A DNA stretch of 64,000 nucleotides from Lytechinus pictus. Taxonomy: Eukaryota. Below, piece by piece: positions 1-13,600 of the stretch. The notes under the pieces are model-generated. The model made no database searches. It worked only from the letters and a program-made list of their open reading frames with translations, and was not told the origin of the DNA. Where the stretch lies: the NCBI RefSeq assembly GCF_037042905.1, contig NC_087245.1, forward strand, positions 22,942,001-23,006,000, given 5' to 3'. Numbering within the stretch: the stretch's first letter is position 1; each line of letters opens with the position of its first letter. The translations under genes were made by a program, and so were the position numbers.

Positions 1-189
1 GTCCTGAAAAAGATAGTAAACCAGAAAAGGTTGAAGAGTTGAAGAGGCTTGAGTAGTTGATAGATGAGTACTCCTGCTCTGCACTCCATTCGCCGACTCA
101 AGCTAGCATCTTCTCATTTATCCAATAATCCAACTACTCAAGCCTCTTTAACTCTTTAACCTTTTCTGGTTAACAGTCATTTTCAGAAC
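1..189. repeat. Foldback/inverted repeat (MITE-like hairpin), possibly truncated by the window edge
   Basis: 1-59 (gtcctgaaaa...ccagaaaaggttgaagagttgaagaggcttgagtagttg) is the imperfect reverse complement of 131-189 (caactactcaagcctctttaactctttaaccttttctgg...tttcagaac). Confidence 0.7.
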
Positions 190-1147
190 TACACACATTT
201 TCAAGAAATATTACTCTAGGACCTATTCTCAATCTTCCAATTTCTCGCCTATCAATTTTACTTCTTCCTCTATCCATTTAGACTCCACTTGGTGTATACC
301 GTAAACCACATCCGCTACACACCACCATGCAAGCCCTCAAACATCATCTAATTATATTCCAGTGTGTTTCTCAAGAATTTGTAGAAGTGTAACACATCTA
401 TTTGTACTCGACTACATACCAGGAAGGGCAAAATAATGAAAATATCAGTATTAGTACGGCTAATATTAAGCCATACGCTACAATATTATTTGTCCAGGCT
501 TGCAACATGGAGATAAATGATTATATAAGGCTATAAAATTATTGTATCATACTGATATCTTGTTTTCATTTCGTAATTATCAAAACATAAGAATATATAT
601 GGGTGAGCTCATTCTACTCTGTACTCAAATACAATCACTCTTCTAAAATGTGTAATGCACACATCGTTTGTCAAAACCACTTGCTTCCCCTCAACGTCCT
701 CCAAGATCCAAAAGATTCCATCCAGATGATATATAAAACGAAAAAATGAAAGAAAATGAAAAGCCCACTTATAGAAAAAATACAAATTATCGGACAAACT
801 TTGAATGTCATGATAATTTCCAATGTTCACTGTCATGACTGTGCTCAACTACTTAGTCCTTTTTAAGATGAGCAAATGTGTTCTTTCTCTTGCTATCTCC
901 ACTACTAATGAACTCATTGACTAGTTCACACATGTCAGCTTTGTCTGCCTTGTCCTTATACAAGGATAAGATCAGAAGAGAGTTCAACCTTCGCTGCATG
1001 CATTGGTGAACCACTTTCAATTTGCCATTCGGTTTTAGTCTGAAATGTATTCATTAAAAGGTTAAACGACTTATCACACTGTAATAAGATGGAAAAGGGA
1101 CTTATCAAAGGTATGTTTTACAGAGGGACAAGTTCGTCAAAAGACAT

Positions 1148-3400
1148 GAATTTGAATTTATTACCAAATATCACTGTCAGGTACAATTACAAGGAATAGT
1201 ACATCACATATAAACAAAACATTTGGTAATTGGAGCTAACATAATAGCAAGATGCTAATTGAGGTTAGCCCCAAATAATGTCATTATCATAGTTTAAACA
1301 ATTAATTTAACTAAATCTTAATATTGTACATCAAATTCAGTACTAATTCTACTTATTACTGTTGCAGAAAATTTCGATCCTTTTCAGTGAACATATTTAC
1401 ACTATTTACAAGAAAAAAAAATCTTAATTATTCACAAAATCTTTATATAGAATTATTTGTTTTCAGGCAGTATTTTACCATACCAAATTGATTATAATCT
1501 TCCAGTAGCATTAATTTTAACGATTTGCTAAATATCTTACGACTGGGGGTGTTTCTAATATTACTTGGCAGATGATTCCATAAAGTAGGACCAGAAAATG
1601 AAATTGATTGTTTTCGCAAATTGGTAATATTTTTGTCAAGATTAACATTTCGCTTTTCTTTATTTCTTGTATTGTAAGGATGGTCTATAAATGAAAAATG
1701 ATAAATAAAACTATGCGGCAACCGATTATTAATTAAATCGTGCATAAATACTCCTATCAAATATTGGTATTGTTTGAAAATATCGAGAATATTTAGATCA
1801 TAAAATAAAGGAGCAGAGTGATATGTATGATGGTTGAACGTCATTATTCTAGATATTCGTTTTTGAAGTAATAATATAGGGTCCAGGGTTGTTTTGCACG
1901 TCCCACCCCCTACTTCCAGACCATACGTTATATGTGGTAAAATAAACGAGTTGTATAACATAACTAAGATTCTCTTTGTTACATAATTCCTCAATCTATA
2001 ATGTATTCCAATTTTTTTGCTTAGCACATTGCAGACAATGTTAACCTGTTTCTTCCATGTAAGGTTTTTGTCGATATATATACCAAGAAATAATGTTGAT
2101 TCAACACACTCTAATAAAGTTCCTTTCAGTGACAATTGTCCTGATATCAAAATATTTTTTCGTCTATTTTTAAACAACATATATTTAGTTTTCGTAACAT
2201 TGATTGTCAATTTTTTGGCATTGCACCATGCTATTATATTGTTTAAATTGAGACTAATTTCTGATAAATCAATATGTTGTTCATCACAATTGAAAGTATG
2301 AAATAAATTTGAGTCATCCGCAAAAAGACGGAGATTGAAATAATTTGATGAGTTTGCCAGATCGTTTATATACAACAAGAACAAAGTTGGACCCAATACT
2401 GATCCTTGTGGAATACCGCATGAAATCGACCTGTATTCGGAATTTACACCGTCGTAATTAACAAATTGCTTTCTGTTTCGTAAATAATCATTAAACCATT
2501 CTACTGCATTACCACGAATGCCATAGTGTTCTAGTTTCTTAATGAGAATAGAATGATTAATCGTATCAAAAGCTTTAGCAAAATCGATGAATATTCCTAC
2601 TTTCACCTTTCCTTCATCAGTATATCTTGTAATTTGATTAATCAGATTTATCAGTGAAAGTTTCGTACTGTATCCATTTCTAAAACCATTTTGGTGTTTA
2701 TACAATATTTTATTCTTTTCTATGAATTCCATCAATCGTGCATTCACTACTTTTTCAAATATTTTGCTAATCGCGGGTAAAATCGATATTGGTATATAAT
2801 TTCCAGGTAATTCTTTATCTCCCTTTTTGAAAACTGGTATAACTCTTGCAACTTTTAATTTATCTGGAAAAATGCCTGTAGTAAATGATAGATTGAATAT
2901 ATGCGAAAGAGGTTTGCAAATACAATTCATAGCATATATCAACAGTCGAACTGATATGTCATCATAGCCACTTGATTTAGATTGATCAAGAGTGTATAAC
3001 ATTTCTTTAATTTCTGAACTTGTTATTGGCAGGAAGAAAAATGTTTGACTAATGAACTCTCGGTAACTAACATTTGGCTCCTCAATTTTCTCAGCTAGAT
3101 TTTTCCCAAAAGTAGAGAAATAATTGTTGAGGGAATTTGCTATATCATCAGATGAAGCAATTTCGGAAGGTTCATTTTCTTGGTTAACAACTAATTTGTT
3201 AATTTTTGAATTCAGATTCGAGCCACTATTTTTATTCAAAAACTCATTGATATGACTCCAAGTTTTCTTTGAATCTTTTTTTGTCTGCTTTAAACTTATG
3301 TTCATAATGCATTTGCTTTGCTTTCCTTAAGACGGTTGTTAACTGATTTCTGTATTTTTTAAATATTTAATCAAACAATCTTTATTATAATTTGATTTTA
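1148..3400 (-). mobile_element. 5'-truncated non-LTR retrotransposon (L2/CR1/Crack group LINE) with 3' UTR
   Basis: Carries the RT ORF. The 3' UTR has a stem-loop (ttggagctaac...gttagccccaa, 1229-1274), then a poly(A)-signal-like AATAAA and a short ATTCAA-like tail near 1148-1162 on the minus strand. The endonuclease domain is absent. Confidence 0.85.
1443..3305 (-). CDS. LINE ORF2 reverse transcriptase fragment (620 aa, RT plus C-terminal region)
   Basis: Motifs KSSGYD, PISILP, DFAKAFDTINH, QGSVLGPTLFLLYIND, FADD, FLGIYID, YNTR, GPTLWNHLP are typical of L2/CR1-group RTs. Confidence 0.9.
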   Translation of the reverse strand: MNISLKQTKKDSKKTWSHINEFLNKNSGSNLNSKINKLVVNQENEPSEIASSDDIANSLNNYFSTFGKNLAEKIEEPNVSYREFISQTFFFLPITSSEIKEMLYTLDQSKSSGYDDISVRLLIYAMNCICKPLSHIFNLSFTTGIFPDKLKVARVIPVFKKGDKELPGNYIPISILPAISKIFEKVVNARLMEFIEKNKILYKHQNGFRNGYSTKLSLINLINQITRYTDEGKVKVGIFIDFAKAFDTINHSILIKKLEHYGIRGNAVEWFNDYLRNRKQFVNYDGVNSEYRSISCGIPQGSVLGPTLFLLYINDLANSSNYFNLRLFADDSNLFHTFNCDEQHIDLSEISLNLNNIIAWCNAKKLTINVTKTKYMLFKNRRKNILISGQLSLKGTLLECVESTLFLGIYIDKNLTWKKQVNIVCNVLSKKIGIHYRLRNYVTKRILVMLYNSFILPHITYGLEVGGGTCKTTLDPILLLQKRISRIMTFNHHTYHSAPLFYDLNILDIFKQYQYLIGVFMHDLINNRLPHSFIYHFSFIDHPYNTRNKEKRNVNLDKNITNLRKQSISFSGPTLWNHLPSNIRNTPSRKIFSKSLKLMLLEDYNQFGMVKYCLKTNNSI

Positions 3401-3439
3401 TAACCCGAGAAAAAGGCTTACAATGATATGAAATTGCCC

Positions 3440-3870
3440 CGTCAGGGGCGATATTTTTTTTTTTTGGACAATGGAAATTACAATTTTTAGGCAGAAAAAG
3501 TGCCTTCATCGTTTACTTTCATATTTTTTCTACTTTTAGGGGGGCACATCGGGAGGGCAAAATCTCGTTTTGCCCCCCAAAAATTATATTTGGGGGGCAA
3601 GTGCCCCCCTGCCCCCCTCCCCCGCTTCCGGTGCCCTTGGTTGAAGACAATTTGTGTAATGGGCGACAATATGTGGTTCTAGGTTTCTTTTTGCCGACAC
3701 AAATTGGCACAATATGCTTAAAAATTGAGACAGGCACGTGCAGCACAAATTGTATTTTGTGTGGGGGTGACAATTTGTAGAGGGGTGACAATTTGTGGTA
3801 TCAGTTTTTGCACAAATTGTCGCAGGGTGACCGCATCAATTTGTGCTGGGATGACAATTTGTAGTGCAAC
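3440..3870. repeat. GC-tract transposon end followed by a gacaatttgt motif array
   Basis: tgcccccctgcccccctcccccgcttccggtgccct terminus at ~3602-3638; gacaatttgt/cacaaattgt recurs several times in 3646-3862. Confidence 0.45.
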
Positions 3871-5121
3871 AAGGAACAGCGGTAAGGTAAGGTAACAACA
3901 TAATACACACACCAATACACAAACTTAAGGCACCCTCTGACACCCTTGCTCACCCAAACACACCAAAACACACCCACCCACGCAAACACATCTCACGCAA
4001 GAACTCAAGAACCCGCACATACATGCAACACATTATCTACACACCTACTAAGGCTACTAATAACACACTCGCAAGAGTTAAACCAGATGATGTGAATGCT
4101 GCTTCACACTTGTTTATGTATAAGCAGAATGTATATCTTTGGCGTAGATCATTCTGAAAAATTGTCATTTCCCCAAAGTAAATACAAAAATTGAATGAAA
4201 ATTTACGAAGTGCTGAGCTGAGATTTTATATATTTTAATAGTACAGACGTCTATTATATTATGGTGGGTAAGGTTCGCCAGCTGAATCTATGCTCAGACT
4301 GGTTATAGTGCCAACTTAATTAGATCCAGGAATTCAAGCTGAACGCATCATCATATGCTTGTTAAGCGCATTTACCGATATATGACATTAGTATCGATTT
4401 GGTATATTAGTGCGCCTACTTGAAGCCAACGGCGGCCTTTACATCGGGAAAGGTGGAAACCAAAATATCTTTGAAAATAGAAGAAAAGATAAAGTAAATG
4501 TACTGACATTAATATTGTTATTTATCTATTTATTTTCTTTCATTCAGACTTCTTTATACGGGGTACTCTTTGCAATATCGTGTATGAAAAATAAATAAAT
4601 GGAATGGGGCATGCAGTAAAAAGTCATGAGAAGGTTTGTTAAAATGCACCTACCCCAAAATGAATTGAATCATTGTACTGCATGGGATGGAAGTGGCAAG
4701 TTAAGGAACACCAAAACCCGAAAGAAGAAAAAAACCCATCAAAACAACATAGCAATACAATTTTTTTATTGCAAATGTACACTAGTGCAAGGATCTAAGG
4801 CCTATCTTTGGTTTTGGTGAAACCTGAAAAAGTGCATTCCAATTTTATATTACTAGATTTTGTAAATGCATGTGCTCTAAAACGGTTATGATGTAAAATA
4901 TTTAAAGTAAATCTTTGTTTTATTGAATAAATTTATCAATTTTAAATTAAAATTCATTTTGATCGGAAACCTAATAAAAATGAAATATCTGCGTCTGCTT
5001 CTCTTGTTTAAATAAACTCCATTCTCAAGCATGGACTAGACTGACAATTTCTGGTCATAATCTTTGCTTGTAGCTTTCTGATATCAAATAACTTAATTCT
5101 TGAAAAAGAGCGCATGACTAA

Positions 5122-5795
5122 AGCCCTTTTACACCTTTAAGGATACAACACGGATCTCAGTCCGTGATGAACCGGGGTGCCAAATTGATACTTTTCTACC
5201 ATTGCCGGAGTGAATACGGGTTTAACTTGGTATTTACACGGAAATGTACGAAAGAGTGCGGTTTCTACAAGGTTAGACAAGGTAGGACTAAGGATCTGCT
5301 TGATTAGCTACAGGGAGTCAACAGGGAGAACACGGACGTTACTGCATGGGTCCTTACACGGACCTTCACGGTGGTTTACGGTCTCTACTGTGACATCTCT
5401 AAAGGATTGGTCTAGATTAAAGTTTCTTGCATTTTTTGCAATGTCTGAAGCGCAGGCCTACACATACATGGCCAAGAACACGGACTATTGTTCATGTACG
5501 CAAACAATGGAAAATTTTCGACTACGGACACAGCCGGTATTAACAAGAACCTCCCGGTTCTTATAAGATGCCCCCGGATGCATTCGGAAGCGACACGGAC
5601 GTACAAGGTAGCTAGCCACAAGGATGAACACGGAGGATTACCCTTCCGTGTACTCCGGGATTAATAATTGAACATGTTCAAGTTTTCTCCAGGATATGCC
5701 GGTACATCAAGGATGGCGCCGGATGAGTTGCCGGTGGGTACACGGAGGACCCCGGATTGAAAATCCGGGATGATCCGTGAAAGTGTAAAATGGGT
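5122..5795. mobile_element. Non-autonomous PIF/Harbinger-like element
   Basis: Imperfect ~40-bp TIRs (agcccttttacac... / ...gtgtaaaatgggt) flanked by TAA/TTA; internal acacgg/ccggat motifs. Confidence 0.65.
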
Positions 5796-5859
5796 TTATT
5801 TTTCACATAGAAATAAATCATCACCGAGAGATGGCGCTAGATGCCAAATGTAAATTGCG

Positions 5860-5985
5860 GAGGTGAATCTGTGGCCGAGTGGTCTAGGGCGCCTGACTAG
5901 CCACATGAAAATCCGGGGATCAATCCCAGGCCACGTCACCTGGTCCATTAGCAAGGCATTTATTCCACAGTTCTCTTTCATCCTA
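5860..5985 (+). mobile_element. tRNA-derived SINE (degenerate)
   Basis: A-box TGGCCGAGTGG (5872-5882) and degenerate B-box GATCAATCCC, followed by a CORE-like gtccattagcaaggcattta segment. Confidence 0.6.
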
Positions 5986-7299
5986 CATTCAAATTATTGG
6001 AAATGCTATCTACAAGCATTCTTGGTATCAAAGCGTGTGTACTTTTGTTTTCAAAAGGCTAACAGATAAAGGATAATTTTCAAATTCTCTCATACCTATA
6101 CTAACAATGACTAGTAAGAAAAAAAAAACATTCCACACCATAACACTTTTGTAATTATTGCAATTTCAAACGATACTCGAGTATAAATTAGATTATGAGA
6201 ATATATACCAAAGCTTTATACATGCTTTAATAACACGGAATCGGCTTATTAGACTGCATTATGTTCAATGTGTATGCGTTTGACCAGCTTGGATATGTTA
6301 ATGTTATCCATTAATTCAGATTCAGTTCGCCCTCTGGTGACAGCAATATCACAACTTCGAGAAACGTTGCCGTCAGACTTCCAGCATTGGTCGTGCGATT
6401 TTTTACACCTTTGTGATCGTGTGCAAAGTAATTTTAGTTCTTTACAAAAGAGGTGGATACATTAAAGCTCCACCCCTATTGTTACCAAAAGAGCCTCTAG
6501 ACGAAAAGAGGTTGGAAAAGACCCCAAGAGAATTTTTGAGAAATTGATAGTTGCCAACTCAACTGAGGATGGCAAAAATGCAAAAATATACAGATGAATT
6601 CGATGATACATGTACATGTAGTTCATTTTGAGAGATTTAGGACATTGTTAGGAACATGGTTTTTGTGTGGACTAAATCAAGGCGGGTGTCTGTGTGTGTG
6701 AGAACACAATTAAATTGGGAATGTTGTGTACCCGTATTTCTCTACCCGATTTCGTTTCTTCCCTCCTTTCCCCTTTGCTGCTTCTATCTCAGATCTATAC
6801 TACCTCAAAATAAATTCTAGAAATAGTGTGCTAGAATTACCCCCACCCCTTCCTAATTTACCTTTTGGGTAAAAATTAATGTGAGCGCTATATGCTAACG
6901 AGGAATGTAAATACTTTTTTTGACATACGACCGTCCAAAGAAATATCTGTTTCTCTCTTTTGGCTTTACGCCACATAATGAAAACCTACTAACCTCCATT
7001 TTTGCACACAAAACGCTTTCTCATTTATTTCATCTCCCGAGAACCTTTCAATTGCGATTCATGTTGGTCCGTTAATTCATTTTTAATGAAAAAAATTACC
7101 CCTGTCATATTTTCTTTCATCCAAATGCCCAGCCAGATTTCATTCATGAGTCAGAATTTGAATAGACACAGTGAATTTCGTAAAATGTTATGTATTAAAG
7201 ATTAAAGGTCACAGTTATTTTGAATACTTCAATGAATTATGTGTTTCTTTTTCGTAAATTAAAATACGTCCCCAGCCACTAGATTTGCTATACTTTCAG

Positions 7300-7370
7300 A
7301 ACGAGAACGAGAGAGAGAGAGAGGGGAGATGAGGGGGGAGATGGAGAGAGAGAGAAAGAGGAAGAGGGAA
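7300..7370. repeat. (GA)n purine microsatellite
   Basis: gagagagagagag...ggagagagagagaaagag. Confidence 0.7.
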
Positions 7371-7854
7371 TTTCACTCTTTTGGGTGTGTTTTGCTTTCA
7401 TTTTTTCCATTAATAGGGATAAGGGAATCTTGAATTCAAACTTTTATTCATTATTTTTTTGAAAATTTCTTATTGAAAACGATACTGTTAAACAAAAGTA
7501 ATTAAATTACATTTTAGGGGATTTTCTAATGTCAACAGTATAGAATGAAATAGCATACGCCCGAGATTGCATAACGGTGTATCACTTTACTATTGCCATG
7601 GCACTTTAATTAAAAACAAAACAAAACAAAAATATTAACATTTAAAGAGATACCTTGTCAGAGGAGCGGTTAATAGAATATTTATCAGAAATTAACATTT
7701 TCTAGTTCATTTTTAAGTAAAAATACTGTACAATTCCTCTCTGGAAGGGTTTGATAGATTGATTTTTTAGTTCAGGTAGATTGTTTTTAGGGTGAACGGA
7801 CATAAATAAGAAATTGCAGATTTTATCTTAGCTTAGATGCTAATTCTAGTAAAT

Positions 7855-8138
7855 TGAGCCCCATCTTTCTAAGAGTTTCGATTGATTTAATCAACGATTG
7901 ATTTAATCAACCACAACTATGGAAAGCCAACAACTTGAACATCTAAAATGCATGTTTGTTCAAAATATTTTATGTATATTCATCCATTAATTGTTTTCTT
8001 AAAAATTCAGTGTGCTTCTCTTTGTTTAAAAATGACATTGTTTAAATTTCTTGTAGAAAATATTATGACAATGATGGACTTCCATAGACTTGCGATTGAT
8101 GGGATCAATCGTAACTCTTTTTGTAAAACGGGACCCTG
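7855..8138. mobile_element. Harbinger-like MITE (same family as 47275-47544)
   Basis: Termini gccccatctttctaagagtt... / ...aactctttttgtaaaacgggaccctg; the internal sequence matches 47275-47544 in reverse orientation. Confidence 0.55.
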
Positions 8139-10054
8139 TTGTTTCAATTATCAAAGGCCGCAATAAGCGAATTTCAAAAATGCTTAGTTAAATAATAGTT
8201 AAAATAAACAAAATCTACCTAATTTGTTATCCATCATTCTCGATTCATCAATAAACAGATTTTTTTCATCAGTTATTGATTCTGGGTAGTCATGATCTTG
8301 ATGATCATTATTTTCGTGAAATCAACAAACAGCCCATAATTATTTTGATGATGAACTTTCAAAGTCAAGAGATTTAAGTGAATTTCCCAAAATAATCTAA
8401 TTCTCTTCAAACAATTTGGCGCCTTCTAATTTAATAAAGAGGAATAAAGGACTTAAGGAATAATATTTAATTCAGGTTGAAAGTAAGAAGAAATATGCAA
8501 TGGGACTACAAAATGATGTATTCAGGTTTATTGAAAGAAATATCAAATTTTATTCAAGTTTATAACAAGAATTCTTTGACGGTATAAAGCTTTCTGCATA
8601 GTACGCTTCATCAAACAACATGAGGAGAAAACGAAGATGCTATGATTAAATTTTAATCGCCATAATGAATATATTCTTGAAGTGTACACTTCCATTAATC
8701 TAAAAGAAAGAAGCTATCGATTAGGGCGCCCAGCAGGCAAATACATCAAAGGTATACCAAGGATATCGTGCGATCACGTGACCTGACTGAAATTACGCCA
8801 TTAATTAACTGCCAGTTCATAATAATTAAAGAAAACACCCCTATTGTGGACACGGTGCTTTTGTTTTGTTTTTCAATTGAAACTGCCCATTGTAAATTTG
8901 AAAACATAAAATTATCAATGGAGTGTTTTGCTTGGTTGGTTTGTTTTGTTTTGTCCATCATCAGATTTTGCTATGCGTCGTACTTCAATAATTGGAAGCT
9001 GTGATTGGATAATAAAACCCCACAATTACTGTTGAACTGCTCACTCTACCTCAAATATTCAGTTAGGCTGATAATGTTCATTAGGTTTGCCCCTTAATAC
9101 GACACCACCACAACTATGACGACACCTTAGGATTAAGCCAGAAAGTTAAATAACGATTCATCGATCAATTCGTCTCAATTTGCACAGGTGTCGAAATTTA
9201 AAAACTTTGAAGCAAAAATAGCAAGAGCATGTCGATATTATTTCTCCTTACTAACTATATGAATATCAATATATACGCCGGCAACTTCGTAGCAATTTTA
9301 TTTTTAATCAAGGTGGTAGGCTGCTGAAGTGAACTTGGTTTTTTTGACAAATTTGATTAGCTAGTCAGATCATCAAGATGCGTTGAAGGTGTGAAACTAT
9401 ATTCATTAAGGTAAGTTTTGATTTCTACTAAATTTTACAAATCTTCGTAGAATACAGGTCCCCTAGCATAGGAGCTGCAGTCTTTAATTCAATGGTAAGA
9501 ATATTTATAATAAGCAGTGTTTGATTAAAGGGTATATAACGAGTAGTGCTTGCTATTATTATAATTGACATCAAACTGAGTAAAAATTCATGGTTGCATA
9601 TTGTGTAAATTTCATAAAAGCAGCCGCGAGAGAAAATAATTGACGTTCCATTCATAAAACCTAGCGACCTTTTCTTAAAACATTTCAAATGTCACATTAT
9701 GGTCATTAGAGATATGCTTACTAAATAGAATTACAAATTATTAATAAAAAGTATTTTCAGCTCGCGCGTTAAAGCTTAGGGTGTCAAACACTTTTAAAAA
9801 TTAGAAGGGTTATGATTGTGTTTTTTTTAATGAAAGAGTCAAAATCAGGGAAGATGTGTGGTAGTGGGGTTTATATACTGAGCGTGTCATTCACTCATAT
9901 TTTCGTGCAATCTGAAATTCCACGAGGGAGGGGTTGGGGCATGTTATATCGAAATTCAACTTGTTTAGGGTCGGGATGCACATACAAATGCTTGAACTGA
10001 ATATCATTTTGACTAAAATAAATCATGTACGTTAATTTACATTAAGAGTTTTAA

Positions 10055-10473
10055 GGGGTAGTCTACCTCAACAAAAAGTTGATTTCAATCAAATAAGCTC
10101 ACTATTTCTTTTGCCTTTTATTATATGAAATATTATATGAAATAAAGTATGAAATGTCTTAAGTTATTCTTCACTTTAATATATAAAAAAAGTTTGATTA
10201 CTCCCTGATATTTTCATTGTTTAAATGAAGAGTCTCCATAATGTCAAATGTTTCAAAACTGAAATATAATATTCATAAATGAAAAACAAAAGTGATAACA
10301 AGTGAGCTTTCTCATATGCACTGTACTGTACAGACCAGTTTTATATAAAAAGAGTAATAAACATTTAAAACGCCATAGCTTTTTTAACATTCAACTTCGA
10401 TTAAATTTTCGCGTTATGCTTCTTTCATTTTCATCTGTTTACTTTCATTGACCATTGGTGTGGACTTCGTCTT
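10055..10473. mobile_element. Degenerate TTAA-flanked (Kolobok-like) MITE, family of 55807-56398
   Basis: ttaaggggtagtctacctcaacaaaaagttgattt ... ggtgtggacttcgtcttt. Confidence 0.55.
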
Positions 10474-10667
10474 TAGGATATTAAAAAAAAAAAAACTTTT
10501 ACAGGTATAATGTTATGTGCCCACGAAAAAGTGTGAGGGAGGGGGCTGGAACCTTATCACTCTACATTACTCCACCTCTCTATTTGCATAATACTATAGA
10601 ACCTGCCCTTTTTATTGTGCGTACACATAAATCATGAATTATATAATAACTTCATATATTTATACAG

Positions 10668-13600
10668 ATGGGAATTCTACAATACTGCATTTTCGTGCTG
10701 TTCAACGTACATGTTTGTCTTTGTGAAATTGCTGTACTTCCAATATTTGGTAAGATATGGTCCACACTCTCAGTTACAGTCTTAAAAGTTTTTAATGATG
10801 GAGGGGGGGGGGGGTTCATTAATTATGGGTATGTATACTGTAAAGGATCATTTAGTATCAATTCATGTTGTAGATAATCTCAATATTCACATTTTTATCG
10901 TATAATATATACGCCTTAATGCATGGAAAAATTTTAATAAATATTCTTATGAATGTTTACCACATCCTCTAAATATATAAACTGATATATTTGTCCATTC
11001 ATAATTCTCGTTTGTGTTTTTGTATCATATTTTTTTAGATTGTTGAATTGGAATATGGAAAATCCTCTTTAAAAAGTGTTAAAGTCACATTGAAATAGTG
11101 ACAGCACCCAAAGAGTAATTCGCGGTTCTTTACCGAGAAAGCAACACAAAATACTGTACATGAAGTATGATATTTAGGCCGAAATACCCATGAAAAAAAT
11201 AACCAATACTTTCCCGCTAGTCTATACATCGTTCAAACCATATCATGCCAAGGGACAAAAGAAATGTAGAAAGCTCCCGAGCACCCGTTTTTAATAAAGA
11301 TCAAATGTCCACCGCATTTTTTTTCACCAGACAAATGAATATGTTCCCAATTGTTTTGTGAAACGGTGTGTATATCAAAACAATCGATGAAGATTGTAGG
11401 CCTTTGGCTGAAGACTAACTTTGTGATTAAGCACCAATTTTTATAAATAAGCCCTGATATTTTTGTTATAATAAAATCACAAAGCGGGTACGGCAGCAGT
11501 GAGTCACCATGCTCGGTTAACTATTGATTTACAAACTGTGTTTTCAGATTTAAACTTAACGTAAAAATTTGTGGTTGTATTGTTACAAGCCACAAGGGCC
11601 CTGGGAACGATTTAGAAAAAAAAGGTATCAATCCAAAATATAGGTGGTTTCGGTCCGGAGAAATTTAACAAGCAAAAGAAAAAAATTCCTTCAAAATGTC
11701 GTTTATTTTCAGTACATTTCTGCCTTTTAAAATACCTACCAGATTTCCAGGGGGTGCTGCATACGGAAAATAGAGATCAATCACATTAGAATGCCTGGTG
11801 GGTGTTTCATAAAGCTTTTCGTAAGTTAAGAACGACTTTAAGAACGACTGGTGACCCTTTCTTGTTTATGGTAGATTCATTGGCGATGGTTTAGCGCGTA
11901 TATAAGGATCACCAGTCGTTCTTAAAGTCGCTCTTAACTTACGAACAGCTTTATGAAACGGCCCCCAGCTTTATTTAATTCATCTCATTGGGGACTATGT
12001 ACCAAAGACTTTAGTTTGCCATTTTCTTGCCATTTCATTTGGAAAATGTATTAAGAACACTTTTCGTTGCAGGATTTAAACATTCTGCACTTATTGAATG
12101 AGGCAGCAACATCAAACAATGCTATGAGAGAATAAACACTGATTCTTCAATTCATATTGTTTGGATGAATATTCAAATTATTACTACATGTATATAGCAT
12201 ACTGACGCATCATCATTGAATTCCAATGTGTGTTTTCATCTTCCCTGTCATTCAGAACTAACATTCATTCTATGTGAACGTGATTCCGGAGCGATCGACT
12301 GCGGCGATGGCGTCATCATCATCTCCACAGCTAACTATGGACGAACTAATTCAGAAACGTGCGGTCAGAGTCACAGCACTAATTGTGTTTCAGACGTTAC
12401 CTCTCTCCTGAGAGCATCCTGCAGTGGCCATAGTACGTGTGCCATTGAAGCCGATAATGACGTTTTTGGAGATCCTTGCGGAGGAGTCCAAAAATACCTA
12501 GAAGTAACATATATATGTATAGGTAATTTCATACACGTTTAACAAACATTTCCTATCCCCGATATGGGAAGGCTATAGTCTAGGAGATAGGGGGCTTTAT
12601 TCAGAATTTTTGGTGGGGAAGGTTTGACAGGTTTATCCGGGGTAAAATTGTGTGCTGATTCCAAAAATGTCAGTCTTATTGACCGTACTCACGACATTTT
12701 AGCCATTTTGGCAAAATTTTGACCAAAAATGACAAATTTGACCACTCTTTGGAAAATGGTCCCTTAACAGAATGCTTTTGTAACCACATCCAATTAAAAG
12801 GTCTATCCTAAGCAAAAATGCACCCAGATTCCAAATAAAGTGGTTTCATTTACCAAATCACACTAGAAGTGGTCATTTTGGCCATGTTTTGACCCAAAAT
12901 GACAATTTTTATGATTTTTTTGTCCGAAATGTGTTACTAACATTGATCAGAACAAAGATTGGATGTCTTTAGAAATCCACACTTATTTTTTAAATGTGCG
13001 CTGGATCACAACAATCAACCTCATATAATTTATTCTGTCAGTTTTGACCTATGACGGTCATTTTGGGTACTTAAGACATAAACTGACCATTCGCGCAGTT
13101 ATGCATTATAAACTGTTCAAATAGGCAGGAAATTGAGGTCTTAAGCATGTATTATCTTCTTCCCTTATTAAATGGTAATGCATTCAGAGGTCCTTCTTGT
13201 GTAGAATTTTATGCTGATTCCAAATATATCAGTCTTAATGACCCTATTCAAAAGCTTATGGTCATTTTGGTCATTTATGTCCCTCAAAATGACCAATAAT
13301 ACAAGTTAAATTTATCCAAAAATACTTTGAATGTTTCCAGAATCGTTACAAGGGTGTGCTGTGACACCTAACATTGATGTATTAATCCTTAAATTGAACA
13401 TCTCAAAATTATTTTGACCTCATGTAACTTATTCCATCAGTTTTGTCCTATGAAGGTCATTTTGGGTATTTAGACATAACTGACCATTTGCGCAACTGTG
13501 CATGATAAACTGTGCAAATCGACAGGAATTGAGGTTTCCAGCGTGTATCTTCTAAATGGGATGTCATTTAAAGGTCTATCCTGTGTAGAATTTTATGCTG

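Noticed and set aside
5210..5566. 118-aa ORF inside the Harbinger-like element as a transposase
   Set aside because: No DDE, Myb/SANT or other recognisable motif
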